Shown here: positions 15,056-32,358 of the stretch, in pieces | Layout: every line of letters begins with the position of its first letter | Position numbering within the stretch: position 1 is the first letter of the stretch | Source of the DNA: Eledone cirrhosa | Taxonomy: Eukaryota | Direction: 5' to 3' | NCBI GenBank assembly: GCA_964016885.1 | Contig: OZ024741.1 | Location: 177,072,001-177,136,000, forward strand | DNA length: 64,000 bases | Made by a program: the position numbers and the translations under genes | Notes under the pieces: model-generated | Databases searched by the model: none | What the model saw: only the letters and a program-made list of their open reading frames with translations | Told to the model about the DNA's origin: nothing

Positions 15056-15513
15056 TACCAGTCTTATCACTCGATCATAAAAATAACTGTGGTATGTATA
15101 AAAGCCAAATAGGCTACTTTCAATTCGGTATTCATGCCTACTATTACATCTGATCCTATGTCTCGAGTACTGACCGAAACAGAACAATCTAGTAGTCAAA
15201 ATAATTTTACTCCAACACATCCCTGGAATAACGTTCATCGATAGGGTGAGTGGCCTGGAGAGATGTTCCTTCTCTGTATCACAGCTCCGGTACTACGAAA
15301 GCGGGGTTATAATCTCTATGGTTCGAATTGCTGGACTGATTTTACTGATAAATTCAACTGACAGGAAACTCGGAAATAGAACACGAGCTAGATGATTGAA
15401 TGACAGCTGGGTTGGTTTCGCTTGGTTATCCAGCCAAATGATTGGAGGCCGGATACATTCGATAGAACCTTCTGGGAGGCGTGTCTGTCGATACTCCTGA
15501 ACAACCGTCTAAC

Positions 15514-15651
15514 GAAGAAGAAGAAGAAGAAGAAGGAGAAGAAGAAGAAGAAGAAGAAGAAGAAGAAGAAGAAGAAGAAGAAGAAGAAGAAGAAGAAGAA
15601 GAAGAAGAAGAAGAAGAAGAAGAAGAAGAAGAAGAAGAAGAAGAAGAAGAA
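15514..15651. repeat. (GAA)n microsatellite, possibly the tail of a decayed LINE 3' end (~15150-15513)
   Basis: Direct reading; the LINE association is weak inference. Confidence 0.9.
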
Positions 15652-15904
15652 TGTGTTTCTCTTGATACATACTCTGTTTCCATGCAAAGTTACTTACACT
15701 GGTTTAAACACGTCTAGTGCATCTGTAGACTAAAGCTCACTACTCACTGGTATTTAATATAACGGCATTTAACTTAACATCCACTGAATGAAAGCCAACT
15801 TCTGTGTACAATCCTATTATATTGCAGGTTACTTTTGTTAAGTTTGTATAATTCACTATCGTGAATGATTAGCTTATTTAAACCCGAGAAATGAGTTTTA
15901 TAAC

Positions 15905-19580
<3,676 letters not shown>

Positions 19581-20049
19581 TGTTTGCATGAATGCATGGA
19601 TGCATCTATGTATGTATATGTGCTTGTATTTTCTCTCATGGTAGTTTTCAGCTTAGACAAAGGGAACTATTAATAAAGAAACAAAAAAGAAAAACAATCT
19701 TGAAAAACCATAAAGAAGTAACAGAATCTTCAATGAAAGTTTATGGGATGTTAATTGAGAGTTAATTGATTACCAGAACTATATCGTTAAAAAATCAAAC
19801 AAATGAATAATCTAAAATACAATAATGGCAACAACTCTCGTCAACAATAATGAAAGAATACCAACAATAATGACAATAATAATGTTCACAACTAAATAAG
19901 TAGGGTAACATCAATGCAAACATACACACCGCCATTACCAACAATTTTGCCATCCCTTCTATCACCAATAACACAAACAGTAGCTTCTGAATCAACGATT
20001 TTCATGTAATACTGATAATAATTAAACAAAACAACAGCAACAACATCAT

Positions 20050-20220
<171 letters not shown>

Positions 20221-20759
20221 CGGAAATTGGGAATCACTGAGTTGACTGCTTCTCTTTGGGTCAACTGACCCCAATTTGACATCTGTAATTAATTTTATAA
20301 GAGCAATCAGCTGCACTCAATGTCAGTTATGATGCATATTAGCAAATTGCTTTTTTTTATCGCAATACACACTATTAAGATTTGTTTGTCATGTCAATAC
20401 AATGAGAGTGTATTGCTTTAGGACAGACATAAAGGAAGTCTGAAAGCGAGACGGAGTGAGATAAAAATAAAGGTGGCGATAGGGAGATAAGAAAAGACAA
20501 TGCGATGCTACCCTGAGTCTGAGTTGCATATTGTGTTAAAAGCCAAACATTTTCTTTTTTTTTTTTTTTTTTTTTTTTTTACTAAACTATACTTTTTCTT
20601 CGTTATTAACTTTCTTATTGATTTACTCCAAAAAAGACAGGTATAAATCGTCAGAATGTCAACGGAAATGTTTATTGTTCAATGTCTGCTGTTTTGAAAA
20701 TTCTGCACTTTTTTGTGACGCTAAACTTCACCAGTTGCAGACTGCGCATTAACATGTGA

Positions 20760-21420
20760 TATCACTATGAACAAAGTTCGATCACCAGCAGCGGGGTTCA
20801 AAGAACAAAGTTCAAGTCCAGTTCATAAATTGACATTCTCAAGCTATAGTTTTGGCTGCCGGCCTCTGCTTCTCTTACCAGCCAACCTTCCTTCCAGGCA
20901 TAACCTACTCACGTCACGAGTTAATCTTTTTATATGGTTTGAGTACTCTTGACTTCACAATTGATGTAATTGGTCTAAGTTTGGTAATGTTGAGCAGCTC
21001 ACTGATACAGATACGGTCGCCGAGCTGCTTGCCAGTCATAAATCTCTTGATGTGGTTCTGAAATGTAGAGAATGTAGAGTCTGAAGTGACCTTGTCGTCC
21101 AATTAACACTGTCAAGACCATATAACAGAACTGGTAGGATGTAAGTATCAAAGATCTTAGCCTTCAAACGATGGGAAACTCATTTTGGTGTTCGTACTTC
21201 TTTGTTCTTGTTGAAAGCTGCCCAACCTGGAGCGATGCGATATTGCGCAGGAACCATTCCATTCTGCACTTAATCCATGCTAAAGCCACGTAACAATTAA
21301 ATGCTTCAACATTCCTTTATTGTGGATAGGTATGAAGCACAAGAATGCAACTTAATAATTTTCCTTGGATCTCATCGTGCATTAACCTCAAATGATACGA
21401 TCAACTCAATTGTGTATATT
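20760..21420 (-). mobile_element. Decayed RTE-like LINE 3' fragment
   Basis: Minus-strand remnants RIAPGWAAF, KIFDTYILPVLLYGLDSV, FQNHIKRFMTG..DRI, RVLKPYKKI typical of the RTE RT C-terminal region. Confidence 0.65.
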
Positions 21421-22557
21421 CAGAATACGATTGACCATGATAAAATAAACTTATGATCAAATTGTCACCAGCCCTGATCAATTTGACCCTTATGTATACA
21501 GGGGGATACAATTTCTACTGTAAGATTTCAGGTATATTACGCTACTATTTCTAGCTTACTAGCGGACGTATAGTTGACTGATAGTTACTAACACGAATTG
21601 CTGTTGTTGTTACCTAACTGATGTCTACCTTGATAGAGCGAACATATGTTCAAATGTCCGGCTTTTTCCTCCAGGTCGGCGTAATTTCTGCTAAATTATA
21701 AAACTGGTACTTCACTTTTCTCGAAGCAAAAGTTTCTGCGCTGAGGAAAATAGCTATCACTAGCACGACAAGCGATCACCAAAGGCCAATTGTCGAAAGC
21801 ATATGTATGTAAAGCTAAGATATGATTGTTCGAGTGTATGAGGTATTGGACTGGATGTTTGTGTGTTTACAAGATTTTTTGTGTATGTGTATTTACAATT
21901 TTGTTTTCTTTTCGGTGGTGCGCATAATTTGTTTTAGAGGGCTAAACACACCGGATATAAAACTAAAATGTCCAAGAACATAATATAAGTGGAAATATAC
22001 ATTTGTACTTATACTACATCAGTATCATTATAATTCATAATGGAAGATGGAGAAAATATTATTAAGATTGATATCATAGCTTGTATTGTTGCATGTATTG
22101 GATTTTGATGTTCGGTTCACGCTATTATATATATTACTTCACCTACAAATTCTATTGGAAGGCTTAAAAACAAAACATTATCCAATTGTATGTACCATCT
22201 GTAGCATATGCCTGATGCTAGTTGGAGACCCGAATGACTGCAATACTTTATGGTGTAAATGTGAGGTGTGCATGTCCAAGAGAATCTCCTCGAAATAATC
22301 TGCTCCACGTATCTCTAAATGTATAAAACGAAATTATAATGCATTTTAACAAAGTTGTTTATTTGTTCATTTTTTTTTGTAAGATCCCGCAGCATCTATT
22401 TCTGAACATAGGTGTGACTTGATGGCCGTGTGAGTGCTGTTCGTATATCATACAGACATAAATACGTGCACACGCACAAGCATTGATAAATACACATTAC
22501 CAACAGACACACACATACACCCCGCCCCCATATATATATATCTACACATTATTTTTA

Positions 22558-23451
22558 CTCGGCGTTCTATAGAGGACTAGTGGAGGGGAAGAGCCACGAC
22601 GTTCTCGGAGAGATCCTGGGCGTCGAAGAGGATCAGCTGTTTGCTCTCTTCCGGAGAACTTTCTGCCCAGGGCCTATGGATAACTTCCCAAAATCCCTGG
22701 CTTGGCAGTGCTACCGGGGAACGCTGCTGGTTCGAGATAAGCTCTACAGGCACGGAAGTGAGGTCAGCCGAGCCTGTCCGAGATGTGCGCAGAGCGACGA
22801 AACCGTCGTGAACGCACTCGTTCAGTGCCCGAGCATTGAACTCTTGTGGAGCTATGTCGAACCGAACAGTTGCTGTCGCGTGTAGGACTGATTCGGTTAT
22901 CGACTGAGTCCATTGTGCAAATGGCATCGCCGTCTTCCTTCGAGGAGGAGGGACTGGTTGTTTTCATCTGCCCGGTGGCCATAGCGAAAGAGATTGTGTG
23001 GTGGACATGGTTGTTCGGCGAATCCCTAATTAACTTGTTCAAGTTTCACTTGAAGAGGAACATCAGGGTGGAGAGGCAAGTGCTGTCTTCTAGCAAGTTT
23101 GTTGAAAGGTGGGTGAATGTAGCGAGAATGGTCCAAGTGAACGGGACCGCTCTGAATATACGCCTGTAGTTTGAGAAACTGAAACATTGAGAGAGGGCGC
23201 TTGCCCTGGTGGTTAGGGTGGCCGTGGTCCTTTGAGTGGTTTTCGCCACGAGTAACCCTCGGAGGTTTTCCCCCTGTTGGGGAATTTTTCATTTTCGTTG
23301 TTTATATATATGTTTCTATGTCCTTTTTTTCTTTTCTTATATAAATAATAAAAATATTTACACGCACAAAACCCACATCGTACCGTCCTGTACCGTCCTG
23401 TGCCGTCTGTAATGTTTTTCTTGATGTCAGCCCTAGTGGCCAATAAAGAAA

Positions 23452-23452
<1 letters not shown>
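22558..23452 (+). mobile_element. 5'-truncated Tx1-clade element (ORF2 C-terminus + 3'UTR)
   Basis: Homologous to 37280-38175; CPRCAQSDETVVNALVQC zinc knuckle; ends aataaagaaatc-(ATT)n. Confidence 0.9.
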
Positions 23453-23504
<52 letters not shown>

Positions 23505-23513
23505 GTTGTTATT
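23452..23513. repeat. (ATT)n junction tract shared by Tx1 (+) and R4 (-) 3' ends
   Basis: Direct reading. Confidence 0.95.
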
Positions 23514-26023
23514 ACTCTTTGAGACTCAGTCATTGATGTTAGTTAACTGGAAAGTTTGTTGAAATGAATATCAAGCCACTACCTGCAGCCTCAGATATTC
23601 AGGACGTATCGGAGGGTTCTTGCTGTTCCCAGCAAGCATGCCTTTTGAAGCGTTCCAAAAAGCGTGAAGGGGCCAATTTTCTTTAACCATCCCTGGAAAC
23701 TTTTTGAGATAGTCCCTAGTGCGCCTATGACAATCGGGATCACTTTGCCTTCATGGCAGTTCCAAATGCTTTTTACCTCCCACTTTAAGTCCTGGTATCG
23801 GTTAATTTTCTCCCTCTCCTTCTCTTGCACTGTTGTGTCGAATGGGCAGGCCACATCCACAATCAGGCACGATCTTTTGTCCACAACCACCAGGTCAGGT
23901 CCATTGTGTTCCAGTTTCTTGTCCGTCTGTATCCTAAAATTTCACAGCACCTTCACCTGATCGTTTTCTATCACCTCCTCTGACTTATGCTCATACCATT
24001 TCTCAGAATGTGGTAAATTGTTTACTTTGTATAGGTGCCAGTGGATCACCCTGCCCATCACATCATGTCTCCAGCCCTTATACTGAGTCTGGGCTAGGTG
24101 TTTACACTCGGATACAATGTGAGCCACAGTCTCCTCTCTCTCTCCACAGATCCTGCACAGTGGGCTAGCCTCCTCCTTGTAAATATGGTGTTTCAACCAC
24201 TTCGTTTTGAGGGCCTGCTCCTGCGCAGCCATTAATATTCCTTCTGTAGCCTTTTTGAGGTCTCCTCTTCTCAACCAGTTCCATGTCTGTGGATCTCTAA
24301 ATTCAGTTTTCTCAAAGAAGGTACTATGAAGGGATTTTCGCTGAAGGCTTTCTCTTTCTCCTTGATGTTATTTCCTCCTTGGACATCCCCTGGCCTATTG
24401 TCCCCTCCTTCAGTACAGTTCGGAGCATTGGCTCCTTACAACCAGTCACGTATTTGCGTAGGTTGTTTTTCTCCATCTGAACACAGTCCTCTATGCTGAT
24501 AAGACCTCTTCCACCTTGAGATCTCCTTAAGTAGAGTCTATCGACATCACTCCTCTTGTGGAACATGTTGTAGATAGTCAATAGCTTCCTAGTCTTCCTA
24601 TCCATTTCTTTTTGTTCAGCAACATTTCATCTCAGAATTCCCGCACTGTACCTAATAAGAGACACAGCTCGGGAATTTACTGCACTTATGGCATTCCTAC
24701 TGTTCAGATGTGACTTTAATACGCTCCTTACTCTCCGAATGTATTCAGTTCTTATCAATTCCTTCATTTTTTTGTTCTTGATGTCATCAGCCTCCAGAAC
24801 GCCCAAATACTTGTATCCTTCTTCAGAGTCAATTTCCTTTATCATCTCACCTGTTGGTACCTGGATTCTGTTACTTCTGCTCAACTTACCCCTCTTCATC
24901 ACAATGACTCCACAATTACTAATACCAAATTGCATACATATATCATTGCTGAAAATACGGACAGTGTCAACAAGCACATCCAACTCCCTCTCACTCTTCC
25001 CGAAGAGCTTAAGATCGTCCATGAAGAGGAGGTGATTGATGATAAGCCCTCCCTTTCCCAACCTGTATCCTGCTCTCACTTTTCGCAGTACACTGGTCAG
25101 GGGCATCAGAGCAAGGACAAACAACAGAGTGGACAGACTATCTCCCTGGAAGATACCTCTCTTGATCTTCACGCTTCCCAAGGATTCTCCAGTTGATGTT
25201 AATTCTGTATCCCAGGATTTCATACTTTTGCCCAACAACTGTCCGATGTTATCTGCCACCTTGAAGAACTCCAGGTTTTGGTGATCCAAGAATGAGGCAC
25301 CATGTCAAATGCCTTTTTGTAGTCTATCCATTCCATGGCAAGACCAGTGTCTCTCCTCTTGCAATTCCTCATTACAATCTTATCAGTAAGTAACTGGTCC
25401 TTTGTACCACGTGACTTCTTTCGGCATCCTTTCTGTTCGTCCGGTAACAAGTTGTTTGTGTGGAGGTGATGGTAGATTTCCTCAGACATAATGCTTGTCA
25501 ACAGTTTCCACATTACGGACAGACTTGTGATAGGTCTATAGTTGGTAACATCATTACCCTTGTTTCGGTCTTTCATTGTCAGAACTGTGGTACCTTTTGT
25601 CAACCACTCTGGTACCTGACCTGACATCAAGCAATCATTGAACATGGTTGTCAGTTTCGGGTGGAGGGATGTTATATTTTTAATCCAATACACCTGCACA
25701 CCATCTGGGCCTGGTGATTTCCAGTTGGTTAGTGTTTTGGCCTGCCCCTTAAGAGTTTCAACTGTGATACTCAAATCAGTTTGTTGGTGTGCCTGTTCAC
25801 TAATCTCCTTCTGTACTATCTCAATCCACACTGCCTGGCCATTATGTTTAACATCCTGCTCCCATATTCCTCTCCAGAATGTTTTAGTTTGTTGCGCCTC
25901 AGGGATCAAGTCGTTGCCTCTTTCTTTCCCTTCAAGCTGTCCAAAGAGCATCTTCTGGTTGTTGTCGAACATGCGGTTCTGTCTATACTGACTGACTCTG
26001 TTCTCGTATCGCCTGATTTTGCA
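23514..26023 (-). mobile_element. R4/Dong family A copy (5'-truncated, frameshifted): RT + CCHC + restriction-like endonuclease
   Basis: [81 protein letters not shown]. Confidence 0.92.
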
Positions 26024-29000
26024 CTCTGGCCTATGCTCATACCATTTCTCAGAGTGTGGTAAATTGTTTACTTTGCACAGGTGCCAGTGGATCACCCTGC
26101 CCATCACATCGTGTCTCCAGCCCTTATAGTGGGTCTGGGCTAGGTGTTTACACTCGGACACAATGTGAGCCACAGTCTCCTCTCTCTCTCCACAGATCCT
26201 GCACAGTGGGCTAGCCTCCTCCTTGTAAATTTGGTGCTTCAACCACTTCGTTTTGAGGGCCTGCTCCTGCGCAGCCATTAGCATTCCTTCTGTAGCCTTT
26301 TTGAGGTCACCTCTTCTCAACCAGTTCCATGTCTGTGGATCTCTAAATTCAGTTTTCTCAAAGAAGGTACTATGAAGGGATTTTCCCTTAAGGCTGCTCT
26401 TCCTCCTTGATGTTATTTCCTCCTTGGACATCCCCTGGCCTACTGTCCCCTCCTTCAGTACAGTTCTGAGCATTGGCTCCTTACTATAGGTCACGTATTT
26501 GTATAGGTTGTTTTTCTCCATCTGAACACAGTCCTCTATGCTGATAAGACCTCTTCCACCCTCAGATCTCCTTAGGTAGAGTCTATCGACATCACTCCTC
26601 TTGTGGAACATGTTGTAGATAGTCAATAGCTTCCTAGTCTTCCTATCCATTTCTTTTTGTTCAGCAACATTCCATCTCAGAATTCCCGCACTGTACCTAA
26701 TGATAGACACAGCTCGGGAATTTACTGCGCTTATGGCATTTCTGCTGTTCAGATGTGACTTCAATACGCTCCTTATTCTCTGAATGTATTCAGTTGTTAA
26801 CAATTCCTTCATTTTTTTGTTCTTTATGCCATCAGCCTCCAGAACGCCCAAATACTTGTATCCTTCCTCAGAGTCAATTTCCTTTATCATCTCACCTGTT
26901 GGTATCTGGATCCCGTTACTTCTGCTCAACCTACCCCTCTTCATCACAATGACTCCACATTTACTAATACCAAACTGCATACATATATCACTGCTGAAAA
27001 TACGGAGAGTGTCAACAAGCACATCCTACTCCTTCTCACTTTTCCCGAAGAGCTTAAGATCGTCCATGAAGAGGAGGTGATTGATGGTAAGATCTCCCCT
27101 TCCCAACTTGTATCCTGCTCTCACTTTTCGCAGCATAATGGTCAAGGGCATCAGGGCAAGGACAAACAACAGAGGGGACAAGCTATCTCCCTGGAAGATA
27201 CCTCTCTTGATCTTCACGCTCCCAAGGATACTCCAGTTGATGTCAACTCTGTCTCCCAGGACCCCATACTCCTGCCCAGCAACTGTCTGATGTTATCTGC
27301 CACCCTGAAGATCTCCAGGCTTTTGGTGATCCAAGAATGAGGCACCATGTCAAATGCCTTTCTGTAGTCTATCCATCCCATGGCAAGATCAGTGTGTCTC
27401 CTCCTGCAATTCCCCATTACCATCTTATCAACAAGTAACTGGTCCTTTGTACCACGTGACTTCTTTCGGCATCCTTTCTGTTCGTCCGGTAACAAGTTGT
27501 TTGTGTGGAGGTGATGGTAGATTTCCTCAGACACAATGCTCGTCAACAGTTTCCACATTACGGACAGACATGTGATAGGTCTATAGTTGGTAACATCATT
27601 ACCCTTGATTCGGTCTTTCATTATCAGAACTGTGGTACCTTTTGTCAACCACTCTGGCACCTCACCCGACACCAATCACTCATTGAACATGGCCGTCAGC
27701 TTCGGGTGGAGGGATGTTAAATTTTTAATCCAATACCCCTGCACACCATCTGGGCCTGGTGATTTCCAGTTGGTTAGTTTTTTGGCCTGCCCCTTAAGAG
27801 TTTCAACTGTGATACTCAAATCAGTTTGTTGGTGTGCCTGCTCACCGATCTCCCTCTGTACTTTCTCAATCCACCCTGCCTGGACATTATGTCTAACATC
27901 CTGCTCCCATATTCCTCTCCAGAATGTTTTAGTTTGCTCCGCCCCAGGGATCAAGTCGTTGCCTCTTTCTTTCCCCTCAAGCTGTCCAAACAGCATATTC
28001 TGGTTGTTGTCGAACATGCGGTTCTGTTTATACTGACTGACTCTGTTCTCGTATCGCCTGATTTTTGCATTCTTTGCTACAATGCGTTGCTTCAGTTCCT
28101 CTATGATAATATTTAGCTTTTTCCTCCTAGTTTTGTATTTTATTTCCAGTCTATTTTTAGTGCCTATGTTTTTTATTGTTCCATTCAGTATTGACTCAAG
28201 CTTTCCTATGTCATTTCTCATTTCCCCGATTTGCCCACTCAGTCGCCTCTTCCACCACGGCTCTGCTCTTTCTTGTCTGTTGTTTCCTCTCGCTTTTATA
28301 CCAAGTAGTTTCCTCACCGTATTTGCTGTTGCTTTGAGGATATTGTTGCACTGGTGAAGGCTCCTCGCCTCAAGGTATGGGATGACTTTGTTTACCTTAG
28401 CTGTTGTTTCTTTTAACTTTTTCCTGTCTACAAATCTTAGGTTCATAGGTCTCCCACTATCATTGTTCAATTCATCTACCACTAAATTTAGGATGTCAAC
28501 CGAATCTTGTCCTAGCCCGTCAGCATTCATCTCCTCAGTGGCCGTATCTCTGTTCCAGGTATTATTTATCTCAGCATTGTCTGCTTCGGGTGGTTCCTGC
28601 GTTCTCAGGACCTCTTCACCTTCATTTCCCACTGGCTCGCTTGTCTGGCATACTACACCCGCCATCTCCAAACCATTCTCTCTGCTCTGTTCCTCCAGTT
28701 CCAGCTCGCTTATCCACCCATTAGTTCTTATTACCCGAGCCTGCCCGGCCAATTTTTTTTCATCTAATTTAAATAGACCAATCTCGTTCCAGATGTTATG
28801 CATCCGTCTCCTGTAGCCCCTCTCCTTGGGGTTACTTTTCAGGTAACATTGCATAACAGTTCTATTCAATTCTTTAGTCCAGTTGGTTCTGGCCCCTTTC
28901 CTTCTTCTTCTTCCTCCAACATCAGCAGTATTTGGTTGACAGTCAGGTTCCTGCTGCTGAGCCAGGAGGCACCTGTTGGGTGAGAGTCTGTCACATGACG

Positions 29001-30068
29001 TTCTAGTCTCCATTTCATCGTTATTCGAACTGTTTATGTTCGATATTTAAACACACTTATCGAGGATTGGCGAATGTATGGTTACATAGCCATCTGTGGA
29101 TTCGCCGTTCCACTTGGCCCTTGTGTGGCATTATCACCACGCTGTATACGAACACACATAAACAAACAAACACACAGGCAGAAAGGGTCCCAAAAAAGAA
29201 TAAGCATAAGTTTCATTGTAATGTAGTGTTCGAATGTCTGACTTAGTTTTTGTTTTTTTAGTTTTAGTTTTTCCCCCCTCTTCTCTGTCCGTCCGCCTGC
29301 TTCTCTCTTCATTCTTATTTTCTTAACGTTTTTGTTTTTGTTTTTCTCTGTTTGTTTTTCTCGTTTTTTGCTGTTGTTGCTGTGCTGCTTTGGTTTTGTT
29401 GTTTGTTTTTTTCTTTTTTCTTTTGAGTCTATCTATATATTTATGTTGATGCCTTCCTCTTTTTTAGTAGTAGGAATTCTATAATGTGGTGGCAGCAGCC
29501 AGCTTGGAGAAGTGGATGACTGGCGGCGGTAGCGATACTGAGACAGTGGTGGTGGTGATGTCGATACCGAGGCAGTGGTGGTGGCGATGTGGTCGTATTA
29601 CTGTGGTGATGGTGTTGTAGCGGTGGTAGCAGTGAAGGAGTGAAGGAGTGGTGATGGGATAGTGGTGGTAATGATGGCAGTAGTGAGCGGTGGTGGTGAA
29701 ATTGCCGTTAAATGGCTGTTGTGTTTAGTGTACACAGGTGATGAGGTGGGTGGTGTATCTAGTTTCTGGTGTTGGTGAGTTTGGCTGTTCTATATAGTGT
29801 AGACAGAGGAGAGGAGGGGGGTTCTTCTTCCATTTATAGCCATTTTCTTTTTGGGATATACAGTGTACAATACAAAGTTGAATATTTGAATATTTGAGCC
29901 TTATAACAATATATTTTGGGTCCGAATTTGTTGGGGCTCAAGCCGGGTGCTTTACGTGGCATTTGTACTAAGAGTTGTTATTTCACAAATGGTTTAAATA
30001 TGTTAAAAATTCAAAACTTACGGGAGCGATTTCATGACGTCCGCCACCTCGTGCGTCTTCTTCCCTTC
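26024..30068 (-). mobile_element. R4/Dong family A copy with intact 5' end and ~1 kb leader, 3' end lost at the 26024 junction
   Basis: ORF starts 29013 (WTKELN..GYRRRMHNIW..LAGQARVI; PWWKRRL), continues through stops/frameshift (27676, ~27220, 27026) to YEHRPE; leader abuts the (AAT)n tail of the next copy. Confidence 0.88.
27676..29013 (-). pseudogene. N-terminal part of R4 family A ORF (premature stop at 27676)
   Basis: 445-aa ORF with R4-type N-terminal domain and start of RT. Confidence 0.85.
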
Positions 30069-30106
30069 ATTATTATTATTATGATTATTATTATTGTTAT
30101 TGTTAT

Positions 30107-32129
30107 TCCTTGAATCTCAGTCATTGATGTTGGTTAACTGGAAAGTCCGTTGGATTGAATATCAAGCCACTACCTGCAGCCTCAGATATTCAGGACGTAT
30201 CGGAGGGTTCTTTCTGTTCCAAGCAAGCATGCCTTTTGAAGCGTTCCAAAAAGCGTGAAGGGGCCGATTTTCTTTAACCATCCCTGGAAACCTTTGGAGA
30301 TAGTCCCCAGTGCGCCTATGACAATCGGGATCACTTTGACTTCATGGCAGTTCCAAATCCTTTTCACCTCCCACTTTAGGTCCTCGTATCGGTTAATTTT
30401 CTCCCTCTCCTTCTCTTGCACTCTCGTGTCGAACGGGCAGGCCACATCCACAATCAGGCACGATCTTTTTTCTTTGTCCATAAACACCAGGTCAGGTCTA
30501 TTGTGTTCCAGTTTTTTGTCCGTCTGTATCCTAAAATCCCACAGCACCTTCACCTGACTGTTCTCCATCACCGCCTCTGGCCTATGCTCATAGCATTTCT
30601 CAGAATGTGGTAGATTGTTTACTTTGCACAGGTGCCAGTGGATCACCCTGCCCATCACATCGTGTCTCCAGCCCTTATAGTGGGTCTGGGCTAGGTGTTT
30701 ACACTCGGACACAATGTGAGCCACAGTCTCCTCTCTCTCTCCATAGATCCTGCACAGTGGGCTAGCCTCCTCCTTGTAGATATGGTGCTTCAACCACTTC
30801 GTTTTGAGGGCCTGCTCCTGCGCAGCCATTAGCATTCCTTCTGTAGCCTTTTTGAGGTCTCCTCTTCTCAACCAGTTCCATGTCTGTGGATCTCTAAATT
30901 CAGTTTTCTCAAAGAAGGTACTATGAAGGGATGTTTCCCTTAAGGCTGCTCTTCCTCCTTGATGTTATTTCCTCCTTGGACATCCCCTGGCCTACTGTCC
31001 CCTCCTTCAGTACAGTTCTGAGCATTGGCTCCTTACTATAGGTCACGTATTTGTATATGTTGTTTTTCTCCATCTGAACACAGTCCTCTATGCTGATAAG
31101 ACCTCTTCCACCCTCAGATCTCCTTAGGTAGAGTCTATCGACATCACTCCTCTTGTGGAACATGTTGTAGATAGTCAATAGCTTCCTAGCCTTCCTATCC
31201 ATTTCTTTTTGTTCAGCAACATTCCATCTCAGAATTCCCGCACTGTACCTAATAATAGACACAGCTCGGGAATTTACTGCGCTTATGGCATTTCTGCTGT
31301 TCAGATGTGACTTCAATACGCTCCTTACTCTCCGAATGTATTCAGTTCTTAACAATTCCTTCATTTTTTTGTTCTTTATGCCATCAGCCTCCAGAACGCC
31401 CAAATACTTGTATCCTTCCTCAGAGTCAATTTCCTTTATCATATCACCTGTTGGTATCTGGATCCCGTTACTTCTGCTCAACCTACCCCTCTTCATCACA
31501 ATGACTCCACATTTACCAATACCAAACTGCATACAGATATCACTGCTGAAAATACGGACAGTGTCAACAAGCACATCCAACTCCTTCTCACTTTTCCCGA
31601 AGAGCTTAAGATCGTCCATGAAGAGGAGGTGATTGATGGTAAGATCTCCCCTTCCCAACTTGTATCCTGCTCTCACTTTTCGCAGCATAATGGTCAAGGG
31701 CATCAGGGCAAGGACAAACAACAGAGGGGACAGGCTATCTCCCTGGAAGATACCTCTCTTGATCTTCACGCTTCCCAAGGATACTCCAGTTGATGTCAAC
31801 TCTGTCTCCCAGGACCCCATACTCCTGCCCAGCAACTGTCTGATGTTATCTGCCACCCTGAAGACCTCCAGGCTTTTGGTGATCCAGGAATGAGGCACCA
31901 TGTCAAATGCCTTTCTGTAGTCTATCCATCCCATGGCAAGATCAGTGTGTCTCCTCCTGCAATTCCCCATTACCATCTTATCAATAAGCAACTGGTCCTT
32001 TGTACCACGTGACTTCTTTCGGCATCCTTTCTGTTCGTCCGGTAACAAGTTGTTTGTGTGGAGGTGATGGTAGATTTCCTCAGACACAATGCTCGTCAAC
32101 AGTTTCCACATTACGGGCAGACATGTGAT
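30107..32129 (-). mobile_element. R4/Dong family A copy, 5'-truncated, flanked both sides by (ATT)n
   Basis: ORFs 30921-32111 (RT) and 30182-30871 (CCHC+RLE) separated by one frameshift; 3'UTR matches 23514-23590. Confidence 0.93.
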
Positions 32130-32358
32130 TATTATTATTATTATTGAATGCCATGGTTGACGGAGGCTCGGCTCTGTAAGGTATAGTAATTTTTAACCGT
32201 TAAAACAATTGTAAATTGTTTAAAACTTGAACCAAATTGTTGATAAAGACACCCTCCTCCTCGTGAGAGGGGTCTTTCTGTCCGTTATTTGGCCCTTCGG
32301 GGTTAAATAGCCAGTTATTGGGGTTTTGTACCCAAAATTTCATTTTAAACAAAAAAAC

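Noticed and set aside
29050-29140. Possible HDV-like ribozyme (ggcgaat/attcgcc stem, tcctcg) in the R4 family A leader
   Set aside because: Could not build P1/P2/P3 in the required order; only simple stems are supported.
29925-29955. ggctcaagccggg resembles a twister L4 motif
   Set aside because: Flanking P1/P2 stems and pseudoknot partners not found.
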